Shown here: piece after piece, positions 61,401 to 64,000 of the stretch
Position numbering within the stretch: the stretch's first letter is position 1
Layout of the letters: the number at the start of each line of letters is the position of its first letter
DNA from: Schizochytrium sp. TIO01
Taxonomy: Eukaryota > Protista > Bigyra: Labyrinthulomycetes
Direction: 5' to 3'
Length of the DNA stretch: 64,000 nt
Assembly: GCA_004764695.1 (NCBI GenBank)
Contig: SMSO01000031.1
Span: 4,254,436-4,318,435, forward strand
Made by a program: the position numbers and the translations under genes
The notes under the pieces: model-generated
What the model was told of the DNA's origin: nothing
The model's input: the letters and a program-made list of their open reading frames with translations, nothing else
Database searches by the model: none

Positions 61401-64000
61401 ATAATATAATTTGGAGGAATGAACTGAACATGATTATCATTTGTTTCCATAAATTCGTCAGGCCTGCTGAATGATAAGAATTAGAAGACTAAGGTGTCTA
61501 ACAGAAACCACAACCAGGGGCAGTAGCATCACCATGGCGAGCTGTCAACCACCAAACCTTGGAATTCTTGCTCCCCTCACATACTGTATGTAATGAAGCT
61601 GGAGCAAGTGAAAGGTTTCATGGAGTAGTACCTACCTACTAGTCGGTTGCTTAAAAAATTGCTCAAGTCATCCCAAGAGAAGGTGAAAGCTCTCAGAATA
61701 GCTCGATCAGCGTGCTTCGTCGGTACAGAATCTTCAGACAAATTTGGTGGAGTGATGAATAGTTCTCCAAGAGGCAGAGCAATAGACATGGATATTATGA
61801 TAGTAGGCTTGTCTTTGGCAGGTTTGGGGTGTACTAATCTACTTTCTTCTGTCTCTGAATACTATGATTTGGTGATGCTTTGATGTATGAAGACGAAGGT
61901 TACAAACAGCCTGAGAAAACATTCTTCTACTTTATTTTGTTTTTTCAGGTAGGCCTTGGAGGTTTCCTTTTTCTTTTTCTTTTTTAAATTAAAAATAAAT
62001 AAAAATAGATAAAGGATAACAAACAAAAAACGTTTTAGAAATTAAATTTTATAGATATACAATTATAGAACACTGTATGGAGTACTCTAAACCTATGTGA
62101 TATTCATTTCTTTAGAAAGGGAAAGAAAAGAAAATAACCTCTATTCAGTTTTCCCTTTCCTCCCAGATATTGACTAAAGGTTCCACAAAGTTGGTGTTTG
62201 TTTGCCCAAAGCTGCTTGTCTACTTGCACCACGGTCCAAGGTGGAAACGTCGCTCAAAGCCACGTCTGTGGAGGCAGCGCATGTGGGGAGGGAGGCTTTA
62301 CCAATAGCAGGAGGAAAACGAACTTTGTTTGAAAACAAGAAATGCTTTCGAGGCGAATCTTACCATACAAGTCCTAGAAGTAGCATAAGCATAAAACACA
62401 ATTTCTGATCGCCACCCTCTAGGAGCCTTTCCCCCGAAATCGAGTGTGCGCCACTCAAAAAACACGAATTCGAGTTCGCGACACGATTCAAAGCTGAGTA
62501 TGCTGAGTATGCTGACACGACTGTGATCAAAGTAAGCGCTCCAATGAGCTATCTCCAACGAATTATAAAAGACCATGCTTTACATGCAGAGTTGAAGAGG
62601 ACGAAGACGAGGTCTTGACTACAGAACCTCCATCCACTCAGTTATATAAGCTTGTTTATCTGTGCTCAAGACGTCAAAATCGTTGCACGGCAATACTGTT
62701 TATAAAAGACCAGAATTATCAACCAAATCGAGGACAAACAGGGAAATAATTTGTGGTATTCGCACAAGTCTTTTCATTTTCTCTCGGTAAGGATCCAGGA
62801 AATTACTGGCAGATAATTTGAGCCTGAACTATTCTAATATCTTTTAGGCAGCCGAACTCAATAAAACTTTAGCGAAACTCGAGACTTCGTTACAGCCTCA
62901 GCCTTTTGCTGTAATCACCCATAGGTCAATAAGAAGCAATGGAAATCGCTGAAGTATATACGCTTTCGATTGACCAACACTAGGTTGCAAAACGTTTGCC
63001 AAGCTTCGTTGGATCTCATCTCCGTCTGATCATTTTGTGGTGACGAGTTTATATTGGTGTATTCGCTCTCCTTCTTCTCGTCGCTGATTCGTTTCAGAAA
63101 TTGTAGTAGCATCAACGAAGTCAAGGTTGAGATAGCCCTTCAGCTAGTTAGGCGCCTAGATAACTGACTTGCCGGGGTCCAGCCATGTTGGTTTGCACCA
63201 CAACGGCCGAAATACGACTACTACCATTCTTGGATCTTGGTAAGTTCCTTTGAGTTCAACTTGTGTTTGCTTAAGTACAGTTTGCGATCTTGTGCTACTT
63301 TTCTTCTTGGTAGGCTGTCATACTTCAAGTTGGGCGATCATGCTGTGAAAGAAAGTCTCGCTTTCCCAGGGTAAGCGCTCGTGTGGTGATCCAGAGTGAA
63401 CAAATAGAGCACTTGAGAAAGAAGTTGCTGGCGAATCTTCAAACTCGCTATATTGAAGGTTCCTTGCCGAGTTTGCGAAGCTGAGTAAGCTAGTTGCTAA
63501 CTTTATGAAAGGTGCCTGCCTACCTACATAGTGAGGGTGTTGGTTAAATTCCCTCCTCACTCGCACTAGTCAGAGGTGATAGGTTAAGGGCTTCTAGCTT
63601 GGGTAAAAACTCAAGCCAAAATAATCACTCTTCCTCGAACTCGGTACGAGGCCAGTTGTGCTGTTTGGTAATAGAAGATGCGCTAAAGTCCAATGAGTGT
63701 GCATCCCGTGAGCATTTTCGAAAGCCTGCCTGTGACTATCTGCTAGGTCTGAAAGATGCTCCTTCAAATCTTCACCGCCAAGGTGACAGACAGCCTAAGA
63801 AGCCTTAAAGTCAGCGACTACAGAGGGAATCGAAGAAACTTTAGAAAATCATGTCTCTGAAAGAAGAACGAAAACACCTCTTTACGATGTATCAGCAACA
63901 AAAAGCGCGCCAGATGCTTAGGCACTAGGTACTATCATGCATGCATGTATGTAGAAATGAAGGTATGAATTAATGAATATATGCTTTGTATGTATAACTT

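Overview
Eukaryotic nuclear DNA with apparently intronless genes and very microsatellite-rich intergenic DNA. My inference is a stramenopile protist, most like a thraustochytrid/labyrinthulomycete. The first 13.6 kb is gene-dense: a 5'-truncated coiled-coil gene, a 4-TM tetraspanin/TOM2A-like gene, a small secreted-peptide precursor, MEIG1, an unconventional myosin with tandem PH domains, and an HSF-type transcription factor. A gap of about 21.7 kb without recognisable genes separates HSF from a divergently transcribed 6-unit polyubiquitin gene. A single-pass membrane protein follows. At 41.1-44.4 kb is the most interesting object: an ~1084-aa protein I cannot assign to any family. It has a small basic N-terminal globular domain (possibly DNA-binding), a poly-Lys NLS, about 35 GKGAxY(D/E)S repeats resembling a multiplied histone-H4-tail motif, and a C-terminal PAS-like domain. 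More than 19 kb upstream of it is again free of recognisable genes. I found no rRNA, tRNA, CRISPR array or intact transposon. All domain calls are by-eye motif recognition; no searches were run.
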